From contig NMRA01000436.1 in the NCBI GenBank assembly GCA_002633005.1, positions 1-64,000 on the forward strand: a stretch of DNA of 64,000 nt, read 5' to 3'. This document shows positions 41,801 through 53,800 of the stretch, in pieces (the first letter of the stretch is position 1; each line of letters starts with the position of its first letter). The position numbers were made by a program, and so were the translations under genes. The notes under the pieces were generated by a model that made no database searches, was not told the origin of the DNA, and saw nothing but the letters and a program-made list of their open reading frames with translations. The DNA comes from Phoronis australis. Taxonomy: Eukaryota; Animalia; Phoronida.

Positions 41801-44800
41801 GAAGGCTTTAACATGCCGTTATTATTGACAGGGACACGATAAAACGAATTTGGATTTTGACTATAGTCTTGATACAGCGATCTGACTGACCACTGCGTCA
41901 GTGTCTCCGTTAGACCCAGAAATTTCACACAGCCCGGGTAGTTCATTTCGTCCCCAACATGTAGATCGAGCCTTGGACTATTAATACTCCACGGCAGAGC
42001 TAACGACAGTCGGCCTGTGCACACAAAATCTGTGAGTTAACCAGCACTCACCTTGCACGTTACAGCCGTTTAAGTGAAAAACAATCTAGTAAACGCCATT
42101 TTCTTGCATAATCCTCCGCCTTTTGTAACAAAAAAGTCTATCGTCGATGACCCGCACACGCACGCTCACTCACTCTCATACACAGACGACCTTCAAAACA
42201 AACGTCACGTGACAACAACATGTGTGTTCATCCAGAGATTTTTCTCTTGTTGTGGAGTACGATGTAGCGCACATTTGGACTTAATCGCAATTAATCTGGA
42301 CTCCACATGAACTTTAAAAATTGTAAAACATCAGGAAGATTTCAGGTAATTTGTTGAGTCGAAACTATATTTTTATTCAAGAGTACAAGTTTTCCTATTG
42401 ACGATGGCGATTCAGCGGCGACGCATCAGTCGGCAAGTTTTCGCCCTGTGATGAGCACAATTTTTTGAAAAATTATCGTAATTTAACAACGGAAGTTCAT
42501 AGCAATGCACCACAATTTTGTAGAAAGACTGTCATAGGCTAAAAATTCGTCACAAAGCGTAAATTTTATGAATCCTAGCTTCCGATTTTACCCGTTTGGG
42601 AAACCGGCTTTCAACTGCCGTAGGCTACAATAAGAATCCCCTCCCCGTGAAATGATTTTTTCTAAGCGTTTATTAGAGCCAATACAGTATACAGCTTTCC
42701 ACCAAGGCTAGGTGATACTACGACATTATTCTTTGTTGCATTAGTAACTGGTCTTGGCTAATATTATCATTTTATGGCCTGGTCATCCATTCAGCCAAAA
42801 GTAGTTCCAGAGGTGGCTTATCAGCCAATTATTCACGCATGCTGACTCACAATAGAAGCCTGATAAGAGTGAAGGTGGATAAATGCGGTGTTCCTACAGT
42901 TTCTTGTTTTAGTGGATGTGTTCACGACATGAAACACTTGAGACTGGGCAAAATTTGTGCCTCAATGACTAAAACGTTGACTAATGGTGTAAAATACAGC
43001 TTGTTTGCATAATACACCAAACGTTTGATTCAAAATATGTTATAATGGGCTGTGTTAATTAGTGTCAGCAAGTGAATTATTGAACACTAGCCTCAATTCA
43101 CTTTCGTATCTTTTAGTCAGGCACAAACTACAACAGTGAGTAGCTTCAACAATATTTCTTAAGATTGCCTGTCCAAATAACTTCATGCACACCAGCTTTC
43201 TGAAGAACAGCTTCAAAGTCTTGCTTTAGTTTTGAAAGGCAAATGACATCTCCTTGTGTTAGAAGCTTCGATTCAATGAACTCCAAACAAAACTGCAGAA
43301 AAACATCTCTGAAAACTGTAAATTCGTCACTCTTCACAATCGTTGTCTTTCTACTTTTCATAGCTTGATGATCTGTGGTTCTTGGCTTCTAAGACACAAG
43401 GTCTTTATCTTTGAATTTCATTCGCATATTCAGGGCTCTTGACTGAGCTGATGCTTGCGATACAAGTCCAACTGAAAAAAACCCGAACTGTTAACACTAA
43501 TTTAACATTCAACTATGAGTGAGTTGGCATGCAACTTTTTCAGACGGACTGATCAGGAACTGATCCACCACCAGCCTAACAAATTTACATGCCGTCTGAT
43601 ATGTACATGTAGCCTAATAATGTTGATCGTCTAATAATTAGCTCAGTAGAAGCAACTGAAAATAAATCAGCTGATATACCTGTGCAGTGATTGAAATTTA
43701 ATTTTTTTAAATCAGATGCNAATAATTAGATCAGTAGATGCAACTGAAAATAAATCAGCTGATATACCTGTGCAGTGATTGAAATTTAATTTTTTTAAAT
43801 GCTCAAACCATAGTCAATCGATTTACACTTAAGGTAATCGACGTTTGACGAAATGGGCAGTGGCTTCCATCGTCCTCAAATTTCGACGGTGACGATGGCC
43901 ACTTAGGCACTTCAATTTAATTATCATTGCAGCTACCTAAATATTTAATGTTTACAAAAAATTGAGACTACGGCAGGGGATGACGGCCACTTGGGCATGT
44001 TGTTTGCAACCATCTACTCCATTTAACTTTCTCAAACAATTTTTTATTTGACTTAAAGTGCTTTAAAATCACACCCACAGTATAACGCCACAGGATTATC
44101 CCTTAGCGCAAGCAGTGTCGATGTGGCAACTGAATGGAGTGTTCGAAAAACAGGATTGTAGGAGTATTTGTTTAAACTGGGAACAAATGAAAACATTAAC
44201 GACCTCCTCAGAGGCATCTCTCTACGCGGTACTTCTNTGGGCTGTGTTAATTAGAGTCAGCAAGTGAATTATTGAGCACTAGCCTCAATTCAGTTTCGTA
44301 TATCTTAGTCAGGCACAAACTACAACAGTGAGTAACTTCAACAATATTTCTTAAGATTGCCTGTCCAAATAACTTCATGCACACCAGCTTTCTGAAGAAC
44401 AGCTTCAAAGTTCTGCTTTAGTTTTGAAAGGCAAATGACATCTCCTTGTGTTAGAAGCTTCGACTCAGTGAACTCCAAACAAAACTGCAGAAAAACATCT
44501 CTGAAAACTGTGAATTCGTCACTCTTCACAATCGTTGTCTTTCTATTTTTATAGCATGATGATGTGTGGTACTTGGCTTCTAAGACACAAGGTCTTTATC
44601 TTTATATTTCATTTGCATATTCAAGGCTCTGGACTGAGCTGTTGCTTGCGATACAAGTCCAACTGAAAAAACCCGCACTGTTAACACTAATTTAACATTC
44701 AACTATGAGTGAGTTGGCATGCAACTTTTTCACTTATCAGGAACTGATCCACCACCAGCCTAACAAATTTACATGCCGTCTGATCTGTAACCTAATAATG

Positions 44801-47800
44801 TTGATATTCTAATAATTAGATCAGTAGATGTAATTGAAAATAAATCAGCTGATATACCTGTGCAGTGATTGAAATTTAATTTTTTTAAATCAGATGCTCA
44901 AACAAAAAATTGAGACTACGGCAGGGCATGACGGCAACTTGGGCATGTTGTTTGCAACCATCTACTCCATTTAACCTTCTCAAAAACTTTTGATTTGACT
45001 TAAAGTGCTTTAAAATCCCACCCACAGTGTAACGCCACAGGATTATCCCTTAGCGCAAGCAGTGTCGATGTGACAACTGAATGGAGTGTTCGAAAAACAG
45101 GATTGCAGGAGTATTTGTTTAAACTGGGAACAAATGAAAACATTAACGACCTCCTCAGAGGCATCTCTCTACGCGGTACTTCTAAACTTATAGTATCATA
45201 ATTTGCCGAAAAGTATCTGGCATATGAAGTACCTATGGTATGATCATCGTCTCTACTGGGTCAGCAGTATTGTCTAAGGCCTAGGCAGCCAAGGGGCTGA
45301 ACAAGTTAAANAGAGGCATCTCTCTACGTGGTACTTCTAAACTTATAGGAACATAATTTGCCGAAAAGTATCCGGCATATGAAGTACATGTACCTATGGT
45401 ATGATCATCGTCTCTACTGGGTCAGCAGTATTGTCTAAGGCCTAGGCAGCCAAGGGGCTGAACAAGTTAAAAAACAACTGGTAATAATACTGAATCACAC
45501 ATGGAAAACACCAAGATGTATTTTTAAAAAACACGTACCTGTTTTTGAAAGCTATACTTCTTTCTCTTTCTTGAAATGTGGCCCATAATGTACTTTTCCT
45601 GCTAACAAATGGTGCAATCATGTTTCAGAATGTTCCTATCTTGTTCAGGTTAATTGGGTGTTTCAGATTTTGGAAGACTATAATTGATTTTCTTGTGAAA
45701 TCTTGGATAACATCTGTATCACTTTCAGCAACTTCAGCTTTAGTACTACTGTTGGTGCCTTGAAACGTTGCTATGCCGTTCTATGTCCTTTCAATTTTTT
45801 GGTCTGACATTTGGTCTTCTAGTCTACAGCACTCAGCAGTATACTGTGTAGGCTACCAGGACATGCAGCTGTTTTCTGCACAAACGTTTGTGACACCTCT
45901 TCTTCTTTTTGATCTACTGATCTACAGAGTTCCACAGTCAATCAGCTTTCGTCAGGAAGCTTTCCTAAGCTTCTTTAGGCTCTGACATCACAATTTTGTG
46001 CTGTTTGATAAACCTTGAATTATACAGGCATCACACTCCATGGGAGCAGCCATATTGAAGTAACTAAGCACAACAATACAATCTGGCTCTCTGATTGGTC
46101 AATTCACTAGAAAAGCGCTATCAAGTGGCAGGAATGTGCATCATATTTTGTGCAACAAAAACACCTTTTTTTTAAAAAATGTGCAAGTGTAGACGTGGGA
46201 ACTTTTTGGAATTTGATTTATAGGTATATTATCTAAACACATAGAAAAAACTAGGTTGCCCCCCAAAGTACTCACGAGGATGAACGCTATGAGATCTGGC
46301 CCACCGACTGCTTGTCATGCTGGGTTAGTGTGATTGATCAAGACCATGATGTCCAGGCTTGTCACGCTGCGTTAGTGTCATTGTAAAAGACCAGGAGGTC
46401 CAGGCTTGTCGTGCTGGGTTAGTGTCATTGGCCAAGACCATGAAGTCCAGGCTTGTCGTGCTGGGTTAGTGTCATTGGCCAAGACCATGAGGTCCAGGCT
46501 TGTCACGCCAGGTTAGTGTCATTGATCAAGACCATCAGGTCCAGGCTTTTCGCACTGGTTTAGTGTCACTAACCAAGACCGTCAGGTCTAGGCTATTTAT
46601 TTCAACCAATTTCAATTAAAAAAGGATTCGTTTGGAAGAGTTAACACTTGAGACGATATTTGACCATTTTAGTAGTATACCATGTCTGTTTTATAGTACT
46701 TTACTATCACTTTTGCTATGTGTTGTTTTAGTTGCTCGAATATCTGAACAACAGTCCACTGGTTATTGAGGTCGTGGGAAAACAAAAGGGAACAAGTGGC
46801 GCAATCAAGCAGGATACCAAATCACTAATGCAGAAGGAGAAATCATCTGTGCAGCCGACATCTGTTAAAAAGGTATTATTGACGGGGAAAAAACAAGTGG
46901 ACATGGGCAAACAGTCATCTAATGTGGGCAATGATTGAAGAGTAATGGTGACATGTGTGCTGCTATAACTGAATACGTGGCGTTGATTTGTGCAAATAGA
47001 AAATTGATAATTAGTGTTGTGAAGGTGTGAGTAGAGTGTCATGATTTGGATGTACAGCACTTTGTATTAAGCTGTTACCACCGGTATTGTATCGAAGCAG
47101 CACTGACTGCTTATCATTGCTGTACTGAATCCTGGCAGGCAGTTTGTCCCCGGGGGTGCCAGTCTCCCAATCCACATGAGTTACATGCGCACACCCAGGT
47201 GGGGGGGGGCTTGGGGGGCTCAAATGAGTGCGAGAAAACGAGACAAAAGTCCACAGGAATTCAGCACGAATGCACAATTCATAGGTCTGAACGTATTACC
47301 TTGTTTTTTTAAGTTCCCATTTTTTTAGTCCCCGTTTTTTCAGTAAAAGGTCCACATAGTGTAAAATTCGAGCCCCCTATATTTTAGGCTGGGTGCGCGC
47401 ATGAGATATTTTGATTTACAATATTGCACTTTAAGATCATTGAGAAGTCCACTTTGATATTTGTTTCTACCATAACAAAAGTGAGTGCATGCCAGCTGTA
47501 CCCAACTAAATGTGCAGTCAAGGCCAATTATAGAAATCATGGCCAATGCAATAATGTCAAAGACTTGAATGCACAAATCTAGTGTATGTTACAGTAATGT
47601 TATTATCACTGTACTCGGACTCTGATCGAGAGCAGTAACTACTTCTTCATGTCATCCGTACATCAATTGTACTTTTTGGTTCATATTTCCATGCACCTGT
47701 GCTCTTATATGTTGTCCTTATGTTTAGTGAACATCCTCACATGATTCTATCAGTCTTGATGCAGTTTGTGTTTTGTATTGTTGTCAAAGTATGTTAAATA

Positions 47801-50800
47801 AATTAGTAATTAAAGTCTTATTTTTACTGTTAATTTGTTCTTGGTCATGTTATTGCTAATGCTATGCGTCTTTGTTTAGGATGACGGCTTGTCTAACAAA
47901 GCAATGGCTGAACTGCAAACCTACAAGAAAAGAGCTGAACGGTCTGAGAACAAACTGGTGAGCTAATTTGTTGATTCTTGCATGTCTTCATCTTTGAAGC
48001 TGTCATGCAACCACTTACTGCTCTGTTGGTATAGAGTTGGTACTACAGTAACAACGCTAGTGTTATGCCTTACACCAGTTGGAACTTTTATCTGCTCTTG
48101 GGTAAAATTGGTAAAAGTGCGTTGTTTGAATCCATGCTTGATGCAGACATAACATGCTTGGACACATCTGTGTACTGAGCCTGGCATAGCAACAACAACA
48201 ACAATAACAATGAGTACCAGATTTCCCAAGTCAAGTAATCTCTTCAATGAACAATGAGTCTGATTTTGAAGTGGTCTGAATCCAAAATTATGTTACCAAA
48301 GAGGAAAGTTCATGAGAATTTCATATTGCTTGTAATAAGCTGTGAACACACCAACATTTCTTAAATAAATGTTAAACAATTTTATTTTGGGCATTACATG
48401 TATTTGGTTTGGCCTGATGTTGCCCTTGTGAACTTGACATTAGCGTGTACTGTCTATAATAAATTTATTTGGAAATTGTGAAACAAATAATGCTAAAATA
48501 GAACTAAAGAACTAGTTCAGAGCCACATATTAGTGTTGAGCCTGCTGAAAAACAGCAATTGGTTGACAGTTCTGACCAATGAAGATTTCATAAAAAGTGA
48601 GTCATGATGTAGTGTCGGTCAAAAGGATTTGAGAGAGAAGCTGAAAAAAGGAGTTTTGTGCTTAGCAATTAAAGGATAAAGTATTGTGTTGAGTGCAAAC
48701 TCTCCCTGTACAATAGAATGAATGTGTGACTCGTTTTCACGAGGTTTGACACTTGATCAGTAATGAATCAACTCTAATCTATGAAACGTGCAACTTATAG
48801 AAAGTGTTTCAATTAAGGATATGCTGTGATTAATGACTCATTTTTTCTCAACTGTTTTGTCTAATTTTGAAATGGTTGTTTTATCTAACAAATGACATTT
48901 TCCATGTATACAACAGAGTACAACATTGGTGCAAGTATGAAACACTATAGGGTGTTTCAATAACCAGTCAATGTCCGTTACTCTGTACATTTGGCCGTAT
49001 CGAGTTTTGTGTGATCAGCACAAATTGATTTTTGCAAACCGTTTTATTTAGCAGAAATTCTTACAATTATACATTTAACAATGTAAATGGTTCTTGTGAA
49101 CTTCTGTTTCTAGAAATAGTATAACTTTGTTTGTACATGCAATCTAGGGAAGACAACCAACTTGGTTTTTGATTTTAACACAAATTCTCATCAAAATATG
49201 GATTTGAGTATGTACCAGAAGCCAGGTGTGATTATCATTCTGAGTCGCACCCTTCTTGCTATTTTAAGCTATAAGTAAAAATCCTACAAAATGTAGTTCC
49301 AGGAGTAAAATTCTTCATGTTATTTACAATCACGCTAAAATTGAGTCTGAATTTCTACCAAACAATATGCAGATTATTCATTAATAAAGTTACGTTTTGT
49401 GTCACCCTGTTTAAACATTTGACCTGGATGTAAGTTTTGTCTACTATGTATAACCTTTACAAACATGTAAGGTTAGTGTACTTTTCAGTTAGTGGGTAAT
49501 TACTTAGCAAAATTTATACTTGGCGAAATAAATTTCACCAAGTATGTTGGTCTTCCATCAAGTTTGTTTGTTTTTTGTTTACTCGCACGATACAGGTCGC
49601 AATTTTCGTCCGATCATCACGAAATTTACACATAACATGTAGTTCCGGAAGTACTGGAAGCCTATTGTTTTTCGTCATAATCGGATCCAAGATAGTGGCT
49701 GTGGCGGCCATTTTGTTTTCATTTTAAGATTCAAAGGCTTCTGGAGGCTACAATAAATGGACGAGATGTGCACTACATGTGTACCGGAAATTGTTTACTT
49801 CCGTTTAAAGATGGTGGAAATATTGGCATTCGCGCATGCGCACCTCGATAACGGGAAGAAAACGTTTTCTCCTGTAGAGGGCGCAATATTGGGCCAATTC
49901 CTTTGAATTTTTGCAGTTATTAGTTTTTTATGACTTGCTGTTATACAAAGCCAAAAAACCGCGAGTTGCTTTCAAGATGGCGGATCTGGCACATGTTGAC
50001 CCATTTTCAGTCGTGTTAAGGTGCCATTTAAACGGGAGGAGGAAATGACGTGAATTTTTGCATGTGGATTCTCTGAGGTATATTCTTTCAAATGAACTGG
50101 AACAATTTTTTTCTCAGACTTACCATTTTCGAGTTATTTGACTTTGAATTTCTTTAAAAGAAACGCAAAATTTCATTTTTTTCGAAAAATTTACGGAATT
50201 GTAAGATACTATCAATTTAGATAGAATTTTGAACGGGCTTTCAGAAGATGTTTTCCAGTTTTATGCGCCCACATATTTATATATTAATGACGTGTCACTT
50301 TCTCTCCATTTTCAGATGAATTTGACCTAGTTTGTGCCACCTAGTGGCCATTTTTACTGTTTTCGAGTTTTTTGGCATCCATAATCTATCAATCAAACCG
50401 TTTTCAGGATAATTGTGAAAATTAGCATGTATGCTTTTACTATGAAGTGGGCGGCTAAACTGTTTGCAGGATCAGTACTTAATTTAGCAAGTGTATTTAT
50501 ATGATGTTGACTACGGACGACGACAACTTTCGGACAGATCTGACTACTGCTGTACACCCTAGTGGCAATTTTAATTTTTTTACGTTTAACTCTGTATCTT
50601 CAAAGGTCCTCAACAAATTTTCATAGAATTTTAAATATAGGCATTTATTGGTGTGATGACGCTATCTTCCTGTTTTTAGATAGAATCGAGGTATTTTGCA
50701 CCACCTTGTGGCAAACTTTGCTGTTTTCAAATCTGTTTTTTGGCGTTCACCCCTCTATCAACCAAATCATTTGAAAATAGGCATATATGTTTTCGGTGTG

Positions 50801-53800
50801 AAGACTACATTTGATGATGGTGACTGACAACTGTGATGCCTCCTAGTGGTAGTTTTGTTTTGCGCCCATATTTGTATCTCTTAAACCCACCGCTGGATCT
50901 TTATTAAATTTAGTAAGTGTATTTATATGAACATAACAGACGACAACGACGACTTTCAGGCGGATCCAACGGACACTGCCCACTAGTGGCAATTTCATTT
51001 TATTCTGTTTTCCTTTGTTTCTCTGAAGTTCCTTGACAGATTTGTATAAAATATGGCATGTTCCTGTTTTTGGATGGATTGTATGTTTTTGCGGCATCTA
51101 GTGGCCACTTTTATGGTACAAATAAATAACCCTAAAAGCACACCATTTGCATTCGTGGGCGCATTTCAATGCTCCACGTTGCTCTTGTTTGCTAAGACGT
51201 CTACTTTTTGAGTTATTTGAGATTTTCTGTTAACGCTGTTCCTTTGTTGAGCACTCTTGCTGCATTGATGTTGGTTTAGCTTCTATTGAACTAGACTGTA
51301 GCCTACTTCTTATTGATTTATGACATCTAAGTTCGTCATATGAATGTTACCATGTTGTTCATCATCTCCGTCATCATATTTGTCATCTTCATCATCATCT
51401 CCGACGTCATCTTTTCTTCAGTTAATTTCGCCAAGTGTCGCTCAAGACTGTAGCCTATCTCATAGTGATTTCTGACATCTACGTTCGTCATATGAATGAT
51501 ATCATAACTTGCATTGTCCATCATCGCCACCATCTTCGTCATCATCTCTGTTGTCGTCTTTTCTGGTCATCTCTAACATGGTTTTTTTGGTTAATTTTGC
51601 CAAGTTTCGCTTCTCGGAACGCTTTCATTTTTAAAAGTGATTTTGCAGGTTTTTGTGTTTAGAATTTTTTTTTCTTGTTGTAACTGTTTTCTTTACTATA
51701 TCTGTGTTATACACTTTTCGTTTGCAGTAAGCCAGTTTATTGTCACATGCAATGGTTATACAGTACTCACCATTTCAGTCCACATTTCCTGTTTTTAAAT
51801 TTGTTCCCAATATATGTCATTTGAAATATACTTGACTTGCAGGGCGTCAAGTTTCCTATTTTTTCCAATTTTTTTGAGAGACTCCTACTTTTCTGTGAAA
51901 TTCCTATTTTTTTCCTATTTTTCACTCATGGTGAGTCCAAATAAAAGGCCAACAACAAACCATTGTTTCTCATACCTGACATTGGGCTTAAAATAATAGA
52001 TGCTGCAGGGCTGGGTGAACTTGTTTCTTTGAGCTTCAATCACATTACAACTTGGGGCAACTAGTTGTGTTTGTACACTCTTGAAAATTGGATAGGTACA
52101 AGAGCATTACCTATACCCCTATCATGCAAATTGTTATACATGAATTGTGCAGACAACACTTCATTGTGGTGAAACTGCTTGGAATAATTGTGTTTTAATA
52201 ACACTGAAACTTAAGTTAATTAAAGTGATAAACAGACAAGGAACTGGTCATCAGTGAGAGTACGTGAAGGGAGCTGGAGAAACTGCTGAAGCGTAAGCCT
52301 GAGATGAAGAAATCATCCTATATTGCGCTCTTTCTTCATTGTTTCTGTACAGTGCTTGGGTGAACAAAGCAAAATACAAATTTCATCAGAAACACTTGAT
52401 TAGAGTCTTAAATGGTAGCTTTAAACGTGGCATTTATACAACTTTTTGAATTTTTAAAATCAATTAGGCGGTTCTGGAATTATTTAAAATTTAGAGCAGT
52501 CTCAAAAAATGGCATTTTTCAGCAAACAGCACCCAGTAATTTCAGGCCACAGAAAACAACAAGTTTAGACAACTATATTTGACAATCCATGGCTTAGTGT
52601 GTTCCTAAAACAAAATGGAGAGTTCTGTACTATTTGGTTAACAATATGGCATCGACACCAAGCCACATGCTATTATAGTTTGCACCAAGAACAAAAACAA
52701 TTGCAAAAATTCACCATTGACTTTTGACAGGACATTTTTGCTCATGGAGCTATTTGAACAAAGGATGTTTTGAAAAGAGAGCAACTTACTTTGAAAATGA
52801 CGGAACACTTCAAGAATTACTATGGTTTAGTGAAAATGTTTCTTTTGTTCCAAAATATTTTAAAACAATTCTAAAAAATGAAATTTGTAAAACAAGTGAA
52901 TTCAAAAGGAGTAAAAAGTAGAAGTCTAGTCTATTTCAGAGTATTTTGTCATTTATTTGAAAACCTGTGAGGTTATGTTAATTACTCTTTTTCCCAACTA
53001 AGATCACTGTTTTTACAATCTTATGTTGCACACCATACGATGAAAAACGATAATGTGCATTTTTAATTAAACAAAATTAAATTGGAGCTGAAAATTTCAA
53101 CGAATTTCAATCAATTTTGTTCCCATCAAATAATATAGTAACTGAGAGGTGTGATGGCTACCATCCAAAAGAGCATATTGGTATCATGTTTTGATGCACT
53201 GCAGACTTGACTGAACAATTACCGGTATTTTAGTGAAAAATGTAATTGGCTAAAAATGAAACGGATCACAGCACCACCATGGGGTAGAAAAAGTGTAACA
53301 AAAATATTTTTGAAGAAAATAGAAAAAATGACCTTTTTGGAAGTGTTCCTAAATGGAAATGGTGATATAAAGTGAAAGAAGTTGAATTAGGACACAAATG
53401 GTGATTACAATGTTGAGTGTACAGTTTCAGGATTTTTCCAGGTGCGAGACTGGTGAGGCAGTAAATTAATGAAGGACATTTTCTCATATTTATATCAAAA
53501 AAGTGTTCACTCAGGGTTCAAAGTAGAATTTTTAGCACAGTTTCATGTAAATATTAACGGTATTAAAATTGGTTCAGAAACGGCCATTTACCAGCTGAGT
53601 TTGACCCCTGCTGTAAGTCACAAGAATTTAACTGTGAGTGAAAAATGTGTGAAGCGCTCAATTTACTTCAAATATTCATTAATGCCCCCATTTTTTTGCA
53701 ATGATTATCATCAATAGGAAGAATAATTGGCATAGTTTTCATTTTCCACCACTTAGCGTGCTAATAGATATGAGCTTATGAAAATCATGAAAAATGGCAA

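Noticed and set aside
43047-45470. Repeated blocks and twin 63-71 aa ORFs inside the Academ-like element
   Set aside because: Each repeat boundary coincides with a single N (43720, 44237, 45311), so these are probably haplotype redundancy.
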